Shown here in pieces: positions 9,288 to 19,759 of a DNA stretch of 64,000 nt. Source of the stretch: a bacterium (GTDB lineage Bacteria > Patescibacteriota > CPR2 > UBA1875 > CAIMLA01). Each line of letters starts with the position of its first letter. Position 1 is the first letter of the stretch. The notes beneath the pieces are model-generated. The model was not told the DNA's origin and searched no databases. It saw only the letters and a program-made list of their open reading frames with translations. A program made the translations under genes and the position numbers. The stretch covers positions 66,334 through 130,333 of the forward strand of contig JBAXUE010000002.1 in the NCBI GenBank assembly GCA_037129835.1, written 5' to 3'.

Positions 9288-10584
9288 CTTGCTTTCTTTC
9301 TTCTAGCCTTTTTTTGATCTCTAACTCTGCACCATTTGAGCTCGGTTGATAATATTTCTTGTGCTTTAATTCTGGTGGTAAATATTCTTGTTCAACGAAG
9401 TGTCCAGGATAATCATGAGGGTACTTATACCCCTTCCCTTTTCCTTGACTTTTATCAAAACCTGTTGGTGCATTTACGATATGTTTAGGCACACCGCTGA
9501 ATTTTTCTTCTCGAACATCACGAAGTGCATTATCGATAGCAAGATATGAGGCATTCGACTTTGGTGCACTGGCGAGATATATAACACATTGTGCGAGATT
9601 GATTCTTGCTTCTGGAAGGCCGATTTTTGTAACTGCATCGAAGGTGGTATTCGCAAGCACTAGTGCCATCGGTGCTGCATTGCCGATATCTTCAGAGGCA
9701 AAGACCAACATTCTGCGAGCAATAAACTTAGGATCTTCACCGCCCTCTATCATTCTTGCTAGCCAGTAGATTGCTGCGTCAGGGTCACTACCACGCATTG
9801 ATTTGATAAAAGCCGAGATAATATCGTAGTGCTCGGCGCCCTGTTTGTAACTACTGATGAATCTTTTACTAATTGCTTGTTGTAAAATATCTTGAGTAAT
9901 TTTGTTATTCAATAATTTGGAATTTGACGCGATTTCTAATGAGTTTAGGGCCACTCTTGCATCACCGCTAGAATATTCAGCCAGAGTCTCGAGTGCTTTC
10001 TTGTCTATCTTGATTCCCCTGTCCCCAAGACCGTTTGTTTTATCCTTTAGTGCAGCCTTAATAATGTTTATTATATCTATTTCTTCAAGTGGTTTTAGTT
10101 CGAATAGTTTCGACCGAGACATGATGGCAGAGTTGATTTCAAAACCTGGATTCTCGGTCGTCGCGCCTATCAAAATAATAGTACCGTTCTCAATATGAGG
10201 AAGAAAACCGTCTTGTTGAGATTTGTTAAAACGATGTATTTCGTCAACGAAAAGAACAGTTTTTTTGTCATAAAGCTCTCTGTTTTCTTTTGCTTCTTTG
10301 ACTACTCTACGGAGATCGGCTACACCGCTAGTAACTGCGCTAAATTCTTCGAAATTGCTCTTTGTTTGGTTTGCGATAATCCGTGCGAGAGTAGTTTTGC
10401 CAGTTCCCGGTGGCCCCCATAGGATTATCGAAGAGAGAGTATCATTTTCGATAATTTGTCGTAGAAGTTTCCCTTCACCGACGATGTCCTCCTGACCAAA
10501 AAAGAGATTAAAATCAGTGGGCCTCATTCTGTCAGCAAGAGGTTTGTGAGAATTATTTTTATTAAAGATATTTGGTATTTCCAT
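9280..10584 (-). CDS. rarA: replication-associated recombination protein A (AAA+ ATPase)
   Basis: ILWGPPGTGKTTLAR, VLFVDEIHRFNK, LIGATTENP, and MgsA C-domain RGSDPDAAIYWLARM / SEDIGNA. Confidence 0.93.
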   Translation of the reverse strand: MEIPNIFNKNNSHKPLADRMRPTDFNLFFGQEDIVGEGKLLRQIIENDTLSSIILWGPPGTGKTTLARIIANQTKSNFEEFSAVTSGVADLRRVVKEAKENRELYDKKTVLFVDEIHRFNKSQQDGFLPHIENGTIILIGATTENPGFEINSAIMSRSKLFELKPLEEIDIINIIKAALKDKTNGLGDRGIKIDKKALETLAEYSSGDARVALNSLEIASNSKLLNNKITQDILQQAISKRFISSYKQGAEHYDIISAFIKSMRGSDPDAAIYWLARMIEGGEDPKFIARRMLVFASEDIGNAAPMALVLANTTFDAVTKIGLPEARINLAQCVIYLASAPKSNASYLAIDNALRDVREEKFSGVPKHIVNAPTGFDKSQGKGKGYKYPHDYPGHFVEQEYLPPELKHKKYYQPSSNGAELEIKKRLEERKQDV

Positions 10585-10627
10585 AGTCTTATTCTAAGCT
10601 TAGAGTAAGCATAATTCAAGTGTACGT

Positions 10628-12157
10628 CTAGACTGTCTGTATGCCATCATGTGTTATCTCAAGTACCTTACTTGGTTTTATGGCTTCAAGAAACTCTCTG
10701 TCGTGAGTAATTACTATGTACGTTCCAGAGTATTTGTTGATAGCGGACTGAAGCTCTTCTGCGGCAGCAATATCCAAATGATTGGTTGGTTCATCAAAGA
10801 GCAGGACATTGGCTCCTTTCCACGACAAGCTAGCAAGTATCAATCTCTGTCTTTCTCCTGGGCTCATCTTTTCAGCAACTATATTATTCTTTTCATCTAG
10901 GTTAAATCTAGCGAGAACTTGTCGTAGTTTTCCTTCGGTTAAGCTTGATTTATCTGCCTCTAGTCCAGTCATGATCTTGAAATTATCTAGTAAGCTTTTA
11001 TCTGGTGCTGGAATCGATTGATCCTGGTCAATAAGGCCAAAGTGGACACTGGGACCGATGGATATATCTCCCGAAGTGGGCTTCAGTTCTTTGAGTAATA
11101 TTTTTAATAATGTAGTTTTACCTACACCATTAGCTCCCACTATCGCTATTCTATCCCCACGATTTACCTCTAGAGTCAGGGGTCCTATCTTTCGTTCTTT
11201 GCTTAGGTTTATTTCGACTTTATCTAGCTTTGCAATCGAGTCACCCAGATATTCGTGGTTATCAAACAGGAAATTTAAGTCCAACTCCTTTTGAGGCTTC
11301 GACTTATCGTCCATTCTACCGATTCGATTTCTTAAAACTTCAGTTTGACGCCCTAGTTTTCTGGTAGCAGATTCTTTCTCCCTATTGAAAGCGAGCTTAT
11401 CGTTATCCTTTTTGTTTTTTGAATTATTCGATTTTGTCGCATTTCTTTGCATTTCCCGATAAGCTTTTTCTGCTCGTTTTTTGTCTTCTAAGTAGTTCTC
11501 ATAATCAGATTTGATTTTTTCTTTTTCTAGATGTTTTTCGTTGAGGTAATCATCATAGCTCATATTGTATGTCGCCAGTCCAGTCGCGTTAGCGCTAAGT
11601 TCCAGTACTTTTGTGCTCAATTTACGGATAAAGGTTCGATCATGAGAAACAAAAATCACAGCCTTTTTGTTATTTAGTAAATACTCTTCTAAAAGTATCA
11701 GGCCTTCTTTATCGAGGTTATTTGTAGGCTCGTCGAGTAAGAGAATGTCACTACCCGCAAGCATAATAGTAGCCAGAAGAAGCTTCGTTTTTTCTCCCCC
11801 AGAAAGTGTGCCAACCTCTCTATCTAGAGATATCTCTCTAATTCCGGTCGAATCAAATACCTTTAATCTTTGAAACTCTTCGATATCCCCTATTCTTAGC
11901 TTTAGATATTCAAGAACGCTGCCCTTATAATTTGCCGGTATTTCCTGGGGGAAATAGCAGATACTTTGTTCTTTATCTTTCACTATTTCTCCCGAGTTTG
12001 CTTCTAATTCACCGGCAATTATCCGCAAGAGAGTACTTTTACCGACCCCGTTTTCACCTATTAGGGCGACCTTTTCACCCAAATCCAAAGTAAGAGAAAT
12101 ATTATTTAGTATTTCTCGACCTGCTATATTATAGTAAATATTATTTATTTTAATCAT
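10628..12157 (-). CDS. ABC-F family ATPase (two NBDs, no TM domain)
   Basis: Two Walker A sites (GENGVGKST, GANGVGKTT), two signatures (LSGGEKT, MSPGERQ), two Walker B sites (LLLDEPTN, LLFDEPTN), and a charged inter-domain linker. Confidence 0.9.
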   Translation of the reverse strand: MIKINNIYYNIAGREILNNISLTLDLGEKVALIGENGVGKSTLLRIIAGELEANSGEIVKDKEQSICYFPQEIPANYKGSVLEYLKLRIGDIEEFQRLKVFDSTGIREISLDREVGTLSGGEKTKLLLATIMLAGSDILLLDEPTNNLDKEGLILLEEYLLNNKKAVIFVSHDRTFIRKLSTKVLELSANATGLATYNMSYDDYLNEKHLEKEKIKSDYENYLEDKKRAEKAYREMQRNATKSNNSKNKKDNDKLAFNREKESATRKLGRQTEVLRNRIGRMDDKSKPQKELDLNFLFDNHEYLGDSIAKLDKVEINLSKERKIGPLTLEVNRGDRIAIVGANGVGKTTLLKILLKELKPTSGDISIGPSVHFGLIDQDQSIPAPDKSLLDNFKIMTGLEADKSSLTEGKLRQVLARFNLDEKNNIVAEKMSPGERQRLILASLSWKGANVLLFDEPTNHLDIAAAEELQSAINKYSGTYIVITHDREFLEAIKPSKVLEITHDGIQTV

Positions 12158-12193
12158 TTTGTGGCCTTATTCTAGGCCAAACACGGCTTATAT

Positions 12194-13444
12194 TCAAGTA
12201 GGTATCAGGGTGTTTTCTCGAAGCAACTTATCTAGTTCCCTTGCTTCATCGCTGACCTTTAAGGACATTTCATTATATCCTAGCAAGCTTAAGCCATCGA
12301 GTTCACGAATACGAGAGAGCGCGACATATCCAAGTCCATATGTAAATGCTCGGCTGAGGTCTATTTCGGCATAATCAAGAGTCATTCCTTGGCTTTTGTG
12401 TATTGTTATCGCCCATGCAAGCCGTAGCGGAATTTGTTCGATCCAGCCATCGAAGTCGATTTCTTCTATTCCCCAACGGATCGGCATCGCGATTATTTTG
12501 TTGCCCTTAAATGTTTCTACTATTGGATTGTTGGTTTCTAAATCGAAACCGATTATTGTACCCGTGGTGCCATTTACGTATCCTTTGGCAAGATTATTAA
12601 ATACGAACATTACAACGGCGCCGATCTTTAGCTTTAGTTTCTCGGGTGCGAGACAACCTTTTTTCATTTGGCCGACGATAAAGTCATCACCGCTCGACGA
12701 CATCAGATAGACTCTTTCGGCTTCATCTATCACTGCTAATCTCTGGAGATTATAGTCATCGACATTAGAATTGTGGGTAAAAAGCTTGGTGGGTATTATT
12801 CCTTCATCGAAGCCACAGTTTATTCTAGAGCTTAGTAGCTCGCAGGATTCTTCTGTCACTCTAGATTCTCTGATCTCGTTTAGAAGCCTATAAAGGTCGT
12901 TATTGTCGCTCTGTCTGTATTGTTTCTCGAGATAACATATCTGGAGGTCCATCTGTTGCCAGGCAGTGGATTTATTAACAAAATCACCACTAGATTTACC
13001 TTTCGCAACCGGAGGCAATTGGAAAAAATCTCCACAAAGCACTACTTGCAAGCCACCAAATGGCCCTAGATCCGTTCTTACTCTACGGCAAATCTCATCT
13101 ATCATGTCTAGTTGATGGGCGTGTAGCATCGATACTTCGTCTATTATCAGAACTTTTGCTTCTTGGATTCTTTTTACTGTAGATTTGTTACGACTAAAAA
13201 GCTTTTTGATATCTGCGCTAGTTATATTGTCCTTGATCCCTATCCCCGACCAAGAGTGGATGGTCACCCCGTTTAGATGTGTCGCAGCAATGCCAGTAGA
13301 GGCGGTAATGCCAACAGCAATATCGTTTTTATTTAAATACTGAATAAACTGGTTTAGTAGAAATGTTTTTCCAGTTCCTGCTTGGCCAGTTATCAGAGCA
13401 TTTTTGCCGCTTACTAATATTTCAAAAGCTTCTTCTTGGGTCAT
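12194..13444 (-). CDS. Pif1/RecD-like SF1B DNA helicase
   Basis: GQAGTGKTF, LIIDEVSM, LCGDFFQLPPV, and AITIHKSQGMT. Confidence 0.85.
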   Translation of the reverse strand: MTQEEAFEILVSGKNALITGQAGTGKTFLLNQFIQYLNKNDIAVGITASTGIAATHLNGVTIHSWSGIGIKDNITSADIKKLFSRNKSTVKRIQEAKVLIIDEVSMLHAHQLDMIDEICRRVRTDLGPFGGLQVVLCGDFFQLPPVAKGKSSGDFVNKSTAWQQMDLQICYLEKQYRQSDNNDLYRLLNEIRESRVTEESCELLSSRINCGFDEGIIPTKLFTHNSNVDDYNLQRLAVIDEAERVYLMSSSGDDFIVGQMKKGCLAPEKLKLKIGAVVMFVFNNLAKGYVNGTTGTIIGFDLETNNPIVETFKGNKIIAMPIRWGIEEIDFDGWIEQIPLRLAWAITIHKSQGMTLDYAEIDLSRAFTYGLGYVALSRIRELDGLSLLGYNEMSLKVSDEARELDKLLRENTLIPT

Positions 13445-13552
13445 TTATGTATTATCCCGTTTATTGGGAATATATTCCAGTAGACAGTCCATATATTTTG
13501 AGTACGAGTGTGTTTTTATAGATGAAGGGTTAAGGTTATTGAAAATTATGAC

Positions 13553-14188
13553 CTAAATATTTTTTAATGTCTTGACCGCCCTGTTTGTTTGTTCAATAAA
13601 ATCACCTTTGTATTCTATGATACGGAGGTTATATTTGTTTGTTTCTTTTGTAATTTTATCAGAATATTGGCTGAGCATATTGGCAATTTTGGGATAAATT
13701 TTGTTATTTTTTGATTTATTTTTCACCCAGCATGACTCACTTTGATCTAGTAGTATATTATTGATAAAATCTTCAGATTTTTGTTTCGTCACTATTACTG
13801 CCTTTATCTTTTTTTCGCCGTACTGGTCTATCATCTCTTTTATAAATTTCGGCGCCAGGTGATATCCTTCTATTATGATATTGTGTCCGTCTCCCAGGGT
13901 ATACGCTATTAGCCCCCCGATTGCAGGTTGTGTAATTGCTCCTTGAGCGGTGTAGGCACGGATAATGTCTGTTGCAGAGTTATTGTTATACATTTCTTCA
14001 TTTGATGATGTATTCTCTCTAATTGTATCGATGGGAAATAGCCTCGCAATATCAGCTTTATCAATATAAGGCTTTACCATACCCTCGATAGTGTCTGTGG
14101 AGACCCACGGGATGCCAGTATCTATGGACAGTTTATTTGCGACCGTTGTTTTCCCACATCTTGGCGGCCCGCCTATAAGATATATCAT
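13553..14188 (-). CDS. P-loop NTPase/kinase-like protein
   Basis: N-terminal MIYLIGGPPRCGKTT Walker A, small alpha/beta size. Substrate unknown. Confidence 0.55.
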   Translation of the reverse strand: MIYLIGGPPRCGKTTVANKLSIDTGIPWVSTDTIEGMVKPYIDKADIARLFPIDTIRENTSSNEEMYNNNSATDIIRAYTAQGAITQPAIGGLIAYTLGDGHNIIIEGYHLAPKFIKEMIDQYGEKKIKAVIVTKQKSEDFINNILLDQSESCWVKNKSKNNKIYPKIANMLSQYSDKITKETNKYNLRIIEYKGDFIEQTNRAVKTLKNI

Positions 14189-14220
14189 ATATTACCTCAA
14201 AATTATTTTGTTCTTTAAGC

Positions 14221-15708
14221 TCATTGAATTTTTCCGAGAAATTCCCATATCTTGACCATCGCTAGTGTGTCGAGTCCACAGTAGTCCCAGAGGTCTTTTA
14301 GAATTTTCTCTTTTTCGTCTGGATTATTACCATCGAGGACCGCTCCCATCCACAGTCTTTGGGCAGCCAGTCCTTCGGATATTTCTAGGTCTTTGTGTGA
14401 AAGCTCGGGAATAAGTACAGGTAGAACGTGTTTTATTGAAGCACTACCGCCAAATCTAGCGTCCACGTAGTCAAACTCTATAAATGGAGTGATTAGATCG
14501 ATGATTCTCTCATTCAGATTATGATAAAAGGTATGAAACTCGGGCAACATCTCTCCCATATCCCGATTACATCCCTTTTCGAAATCTTCCCACCAGACTA
14601 GTACACTGCCTTTTTTGCCAATATTTTCTGCAAGAGATTGTGATAGTGGTAATACTGGATTGCTATTGTCCTTGTGTAGATATTCGAGATGTCTTACTTC
14701 TGCCCCAGGGCTATCTATAATATGTAGTGAATATTGGAAAGGCACTTGTTGAAACGGTTTATGACCGTCAAAATACGGTATCACACTGCTCATAGTCTCA
14801 TAGTCAAGAAAATATATAGGATACTCTATTGTTGCCAAGAATTGTTTAATATTTTCTTTATTAATAAGCGCTTTATTCTGTTTTAGGGCCTTTATTTGCC
14901 ATCCTTGTTTATCAGAGAGACCAGCGAAATCTTCTGGAACCTCGGCAATCTTCGTGTAACCAGCTTTTTCTAGCTTTCCTATCAGGGTCGCGCTAGGATT
15001 ATAGATATCATAGATACTGCCATCACCGCTTTTTATCCCTGCTAGTAGTTTGTATATTTCTATCCAGTCAGAAGTAGCCGAAAGACCACAGTGTGCAGGT
15101 GAAATATCTGGCATTTTATCTAGCTTGGCAGTTCTAAGAGCTTCTGCGATATTTTCTCTGGCCGCAGGTATTCGTTTTTTTACGGCATCGGTAATATCTG
15201 TGACCGTAGTAATGTCCTCGGGTTTTATTTCTCCTTGTCGAACGAAGTCTTTGTTCACATGAGCTACCATAATGTTGCGTACATGGTATCCCGAGTCCTC
15301 GATCACTATTGTCTGAAATGCCAGATCATGTTCGTGATATACTCGTGGTCCCGTGGAAGATTTGATTTCATATAGATCAATCATATTCTCGTCAACAAAC
15401 TGGATTACGTCAAAAATACAGGTTAGCTCCCCTGCTTCGAAACGACCTTGGAATATAGTTTTAGCGCCAGATTCGATTACCAGTTTTGTTCTACCCGGTA
15501 GAGATAGATACTCTTTGTAGCCGTCCCAGTTTAGCTTCACACCATCTGGAAAAAGCTTCTCGGCGTAGGTTTCAAAACGAAAACCCGCTGCGAATATCGC
15601 TTGAGTAGCCGCGTCGTATGGCGGCAGTTTCTTGGGCTCATTCTTTTTGAGCCAAAGCCAAGCAGGGTGTTTTAAATATAATAAATAATCAGATTTGGAT
15701 AATTGCAT
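14221..15708 (-). CDS. DUF2779-like protein (Cas4/PD-(D/E)XK-type N-domain plus RNase-H-like C-domain)
   Basis: Opening LSKSDYLLYLKHPAWLWLKK and the DLYEIKSS / YFLDYET segments match my recollection of DUF2779. Confidence 0.6.
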   Translation of the reverse strand: MQLSKSDYLLYLKHPAWLWLKKNEPKKLPPYDAATQAIFAAGFRFETYAEKLFPDGVKLNWDGYKEYLSLPGRTKLVIESGAKTIFQGRFEAGELTCIFDVIQFVDENMIDLYEIKSSTGPRVYHEHDLAFQTIVIEDSGYHVRNIMVAHVNKDFVRQGEIKPEDITTVTDITDAVKKRIPAARENIAEALRTAKLDKMPDISPAHCGLSATSDWIEIYKLLAGIKSGDGSIYDIYNPSATLIGKLEKAGYTKIAEVPEDFAGLSDKQGWQIKALKQNKALINKENIKQFLATIEYPIYFLDYETMSSVIPYFDGHKPFQQVPFQYSLHIIDSPGAEVRHLEYLHKDNSNPVLPLSQSLAENIGKKGSVLVWWEDFEKGCNRDMGEMLPEFHTFYHNLNERIIDLITPFIEFDYVDARFGGSASIKHVLPVLIPELSHKDLEISEGLAAQRLWMGAVLDGNNPDEKEKILKDLWDYCGLDTLAMVKIWEFLGKIQ

Positions 15709-15718
15709 ACTCGCCTAT

Positions 15719-15997
15719 CTAGTTGGTAAAGCCAACGTGCTTGGTATTTTCTTCTGCTTGCTCTATCTTAACTCCAAAACCGCTTTCATACTGTTCTATA
15801 TTGGTTTTGAGTGCCTCGTAGAGCCTTTTGGTGTGTCCTGGTGACATTATTATCCTTGAGAGCAACATTCCTTGGTTCTGGAAGATATTAATGAAATCTA
15901 GGGTAAATTCTTCTCTAGTATGTCCGATCATCGCGACATTGGCATAGTTTCCCTTCAGGGTGGCGTCATCGGCTTTTATTTGTACTTGTTGTTCCAT
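15719..15997 (-). CDS. DUF3467-like small protein
   Basis: YANVAMIGHTREEFTLDFINIF resembles the DUF3467 core. SD-bearing 92-aa ORF. Confidence 0.55.
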   Translation of the reverse strand: MEQQVQIKADDATLKGNYANVAMIGHTREEFTLDFINIFQNQGMLLSRIIMSPGHTKRLYEALKTNIEQYESGFGVKIEQAEENTKHVGFTN

Positions 15998-16018
15998 AGT
16001 GTCTCCTTTTCTCTCTTC

Positions 16019-16102
16019 GTCATTCTGAACCGAGTGAAGAATCTAGGATTGTATCTGGATTCCTGCTTACCGCAGGCAAGCTTCTTTCCGACTCAGGATG
16101 AC
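16019..16102. repeat. GTCATYC hairpin-repeat element (two modules in inverted orientation)
   Basis: GTCATTCTGAACCGAGTGAAGAATC at 16019, plus at 16057-16102 the reverse complement of the 46-nt module found at 19816-19861 (43/46 identical). Confidence 0.85.
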
Positions 16103-16122
16103 GATTTGGGGGTGTTAAATTA

Positions 16123-18852
16123 TTATTTTGATACTAATTTCTCTGCTACTAGTTGGGTTATTCTCTTTGGAGGTTTATTTCTAGCTTTAAATGTTTCTTG
16201 AACCAAAAGATAGAATAAAGCGATAAATATTGCTATTGCCCAGGCAGAGAAGTTAAGCGGTGCCATGCCAGCGAATTTCTGGAGAAAAGGAACGTAAATT
16301 AATAAATTTACAAACATAAAAGACACGGCCAGTCCTATCCAGACTCTTTGTGAACCAAGTAGTTTCCATACTGGTTTTCTGGCTGACCGTATAGAAAAAG
16401 CGTTGGCATATTGGCACAGGGCCATGGTGGCATAAGTGACAGTAGTGGCCGCAATATATGTTTCGTTATTCGGAAAAGCACTCCCCCAACGCCAACCATT
16501 TAGATATCCATATATGCAAAATCCCGCCACCGAAAAAACACCCAGCATTATACCACTCCTTACGATGTAGTAGATAGTATCTGTACCAAAGAGGATATCC
16601 TTTTTGTCTCTTGGCGGTTTTGACATCACATCATCCTCTTCTATATCGCCTGCAAGTGCGAGAGCCGGAAAAGCCTCTGCGCAGAGGTCGATTAATAGTA
16701 TTTGGATAACAAAAATCGGAGGCAAGCCGATAACTAGCCCAAAAACAACAGCAGTGAACTCCGCCATATTTGCAGTAAAGACATATTTTGTTGCTTTTTT
16801 GATATTGTCATAGACGATTCTGCCCTCTTTTACCGCCCAAACAATAGAAGAAAAACTGTCGTTCAGCGAAACCATTTCTGCAGCTTCTTTGGTAACATCT
16901 GTTCCTGTCAGCCCCATCGCTACGCCAATATCCGAGGTCTTTAGAGCCGGAGCGTCATTGACGCCATCGCCTGTGACCGAGACGATATTTCCATGTGCTT
17001 GTAGTACTTTCACTAGCCGCAGCTTGTGGATTGGGTCTACCCGAGAGAATATTACATCTCCAGTTTCGATAATCTGATATAGTTCATCGTCTTTCAATTG
17101 ATTTAGTTCATTACCGTCGATGACGCGCGGATCTATGTTCAGCTTGATTCTCTTACCTACGGCTGCTGCTGTCAGGCCATAGTCGCCAGTCGCCATTATT
17201 ATCTTTATTCCAGCTTCTTTAGCGATTCTGACAGTTTCTGCTACATCTTCTCTTGGTGGATCGATAATACCAAGAAGTCCTAAGAAAATCAGGTCAGAAT
17301 CGATTGTACTGCCATCCATAGGCTTATAGGCAGAGGCTATTACTCTCAGCGCATCCTTGGAATATTCGTCATTTGTTTTTTCGATATCTTTTCTATCAGC
17401 TGTAGTTAGTTCGACTGCTTTGCCACCCTTAAGTATTTTTGTACATTTTTGTAAGATAACCGCAGGCGCCCCTTTGACGTATACCGTCTTTTCACCTTTG
17501 TAGTCGACTGCCTTGGCCATGAATTTTCGTTCTGAAGTAAAGGGTATTTCCTCTACACTTTTCGCTTCCCTCTGCATCGTATAAGTATCTAGTCCTGCCT
17601 TTTCTGCTGCCACAAGCAGAGCGATCTCGGTTGAGTCACCGATATAATCTGGTTTGTGATGATTTTTTGTATCGACTTCGGCATTATTGGAAATAGTTAC
17701 AGCTTGAAACAATATATTAGTTTCATCCAGACAGCTTCTGTTGCACAGTTTTCCTTCACGGGTGATTTCCCCGTCGAGACTATATCCCACGCCCTTTATA
17801 TGATAATTTTCGTTATTAAAGTAAATCTCTTTTACGGTCATCTGGTTCTTGGTTAGGGTGCCTGTTTTGTCAGTAATGATGTAGTTTGCCTCACCTAGGG
17901 TTTCCACTGCCGAAAGTCTGCGGATAGCAGCCTTTCTTCTGGTCATTTTTTGGATGCCGATCGCAAGTGCGATAGACACCGTGGCTGGTAAACCCTCAGG
18001 GACAAGAGAAGATGCTACTCCGATGGCAAAACGAAAAGATTCTAGTGCGTCAAAGTGACCCTTTGCTACTGTATCGACTACGAGCAGGATGAGAACGACC
18101 CAGAAGGTTGCTTTGGCTACAGTCTTGGCAATCCGGTCTATCTCTATTTGTAGCGGTGATTTTGATACCTTTTGGGTCGAGGTTATTTTGGCAATTTTAC
18201 CAAAGCTAGTTTCCATTCCGGTGGATACCACCACACCGATACCGTTACCAGAGATTACGTCAGTTCCCATAAATACAGAGCCTGTTACATCGACTACGTT
18301 TCTCTCGTTCTCCTCTGTTACCATCGCTACTTTGGATTGTGTTTCAGATTCTCCTGTAAGTGCTGCATCATTCGTTTCTAACTCATTTGCAGATATTAGC
18401 CGGATGTCTGCTGGTATCTTCATTCCCTCGGAAAGAACAATAATGTCACCGGGTACGATATCCATGGCGTCGATAGTCTGGCGGTCATTGTCTCTGATAA
18501 CGGTTGCAGACTGAGCGACAAATTTCTTAAGAGCGTCTATCGCTTTATCAGCTTTGTATTCTTGGAAAAAACCAATAGTGCTATTGGCAATCACAACTAA
18601 AAAGATGACAATTGCATCTTTAGGTGCTCCTAGAATATATGCGAGACCGGCGGCCGTCAGAAGAACTATCGCTAGAAGGTCAGTGAATTGGACAAGAAAT
18701 TTGACTATATATGGAGTTCGTTTTTGCTGTACTAGCTTATTGTGGCCGTATTTATTGAGACGCGTTGTAACTTCTGCGCTCGAAAGACCTTTGTCAGTCG
18801 TCTTTAGAGTATCTAATACTTTAGTAATATCGTCATAGAGCAATGAATTCAT
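16123..18852 (-). CDS. P2-type cation-transporting P-type ATPase (Ca2+/SERCA-PMCA-like)
   Basis: TGES, PEGLPA, DKTGTLT, TGDGVNDAPAL, and 10-TM topology. Confidence 0.9.
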   Translation of the reverse strand: MNSLLYDDITKVLDTLKTTDKGLSSAEVTTRLNKYGHNKLVQQKRTPYIVKFLVQFTDLLAIVLLTAAGLAYILGAPKDAIVIFLVVIANSTIGFFQEYKADKAIDALKKFVAQSATVIRDNDRQTIDAMDIVPGDIIVLSEGMKIPADIRLISANELETNDAALTGESETQSKVAMVTEENERNVVDVTGSVFMGTDVISGNGIGVVVSTGMETSFGKIAKITSTQKVSKSPLQIEIDRIAKTVAKATFWVVLILLVVDTVAKGHFDALESFRFAIGVASSLVPEGLPATVSIALAIGIQKMTRRKAAIRRLSAVETLGEANYIITDKTGTLTKNQMTVKEIYFNNENYHIKGVGYSLDGEITREGKLCNRSCLDETNILFQAVTISNNAEVDTKNHHKPDYIGDSTEIALLVAAEKAGLDTYTMQREAKSVEEIPFTSERKFMAKAVDYKGEKTVYVKGAPAVILQKCTKILKGGKAVELTTADRKDIEKTNDEYSKDALRVIASAYKPMDGSTIDSDLIFLGLLGIIDPPREDVAETVRIAKEAGIKIIMATGDYGLTAAAVGKRIKLNIDPRVIDGNELNQLKDDELYQIIETGDVIFSRVDPIHKLRLVKVLQAHGNIVSVTGDGVNDAPALKTSDIGVAMGLTGTDVTKEAAEMVSLNDSFSSIVWAVKEGRIVYDNIKKATKYVFTANMAEFTAVVFGLVIGLPPIFVIQILLIDLCAEAFPALALAGDIEEDDVMSKPPRDKKDILFGTDTIYYIVRSGIMLGVFSVAGFCIYGYLNGWRWGSAFPNNETYIAATTVTYATMALCQYANAFSIRSARKPVWKLLGSQRVWIGLAVSFMFVNLLIYVPFLQKFAGMAPLNFSAWAIAIFIALFYLLVQETFKARNKPPKRITQLVAEKLVSK

Positions 18853-18967
18853 AAATATATTTTATGCTATATATAGATAATAATGAAGAGAAATAAATAC
18901 AAATGGAGAAGGTCCGCGCCGGGAAGACGCTTTATATAGCTACCTTCTCGTTGCGGACCTCTTGGAC

Positions 18968-19342
18968 CTAGTCTTCGACCTCATCGATCCCGAGCATCGC
19001 TCTCGCGACTTCGATATCGGGTGCCAGGTCGAAGTTGTTGGTGTACTTCACCAACTTCTTAGAGACCTTCTCGTCCTCGGGGACTACGATCACAAACGGA
19101 ATGTGATCATTCATCAGGTACCGACCAAAGCTGTAGATACGGCCGATAGCCGCGCTACAAAGCTTGGTGACCATTGCGAGGTCGAGAATGACTCCGGCCT
19201 TGCGGGCCTTTATCAGAGTCTTGTCGAACTCGAGTCGGAGAACCGGCTCGACACTGTCGTCGAGATTTCCTCCGAGCTTCAGGATCACGGCCTTGTGGCC
19301 GTTACCTGCTTCGAACTTTTCGATACTGTGTACACAATGCAT
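18968..19342 (-). CDS. STAS-domain protein (anti-sigma-antagonist fold), in G+C-rich islet
   Basis: 124 aa with the pattern VILKLGGNLD...EPVLRLEFDKTLIKARKAGVILDLAMVTKLCSAAIG typical of SpoIIAA/STAS. G+C clearly above its neighbours. Confidence 0.6.
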   Translation of the reverse strand: MHCVHSIEKFEAGNGHKAVILKLGGNLDDSVEPVLRLEFDKTLIKARKAGVILDLAMVTKLCSAAIGRIYSFGRYLMNDHIPFVIVVPEDEKVSKKLVKYTNNFDLAPDIEVARAMLGIDEVED

Positions 19343-19351
19343 ATATCCCCC

Positions 19352-19666
19352 TCAGTCGGTTTCTAGTATTGCCGGGTTTTCGGAAAAGAACCATGAACCC
19401 CACAGCTCTCTCTTGACACCTACTTGCAGCGAATGTACCCACATTCCCCCTATGGGGATTTCGAAAGAGGGAAAGAAATCGAGTTCGATCTCTCCCTGCC
19501 AAACCACTTTCTCACGGTCAACGATATCGTAGATGACAAGTGAGTCACCGGTCTGGAGCAAGTGCAGGCCATCATAGCCGCCTTGCCTTCCTTCTTCTTC
19601 GAAGGCCCAGAAACCTCCTTCGGTTCCGGTCTCGAAGTAGAAATGTAACGTACCCACAAGTTTCAT
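19352..19666 (-). CDS. hypothetical protein (104 aa), in G+C-rich islet
   Basis: ATG at 19666 is preceded by GGGAGGTGA. The longer listed ORF (to 19768) lacks an SD. There is a 9-nt gap to the STAS gene. Confidence 0.55.
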   Translation of the reverse strand: MKLVGTLHFYFETGTEGGFWAFEEEGRQGGYDGLHLLQTGDSLVIYDIVDREKVVWQGEIELDFFPSFEIPIGGMWVHSLQVGVKRELWGSWFFSENPAILETD

Positions 19667-19759
19667 GTGGCTCACCTCCCAAACGATGTTATCGTGATTG
19701 AGACAAAGAGGATTATACAACATAATGAGTGTTCTGTAAAGATAAACATATACTCCCCA

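Noticed and set aside
16604-18838. Multiple + strand ORFs (for example 18089..18514, 18554..18838). Similar antisense ORFs lie opposite other long genes (40494..40853, 52799..53257, 55484..55852, 60548..61018 and others).
   Set aside because: They are all fully embedded antisense to well-supported genes with clear family motifs. They are shadow ORFs.
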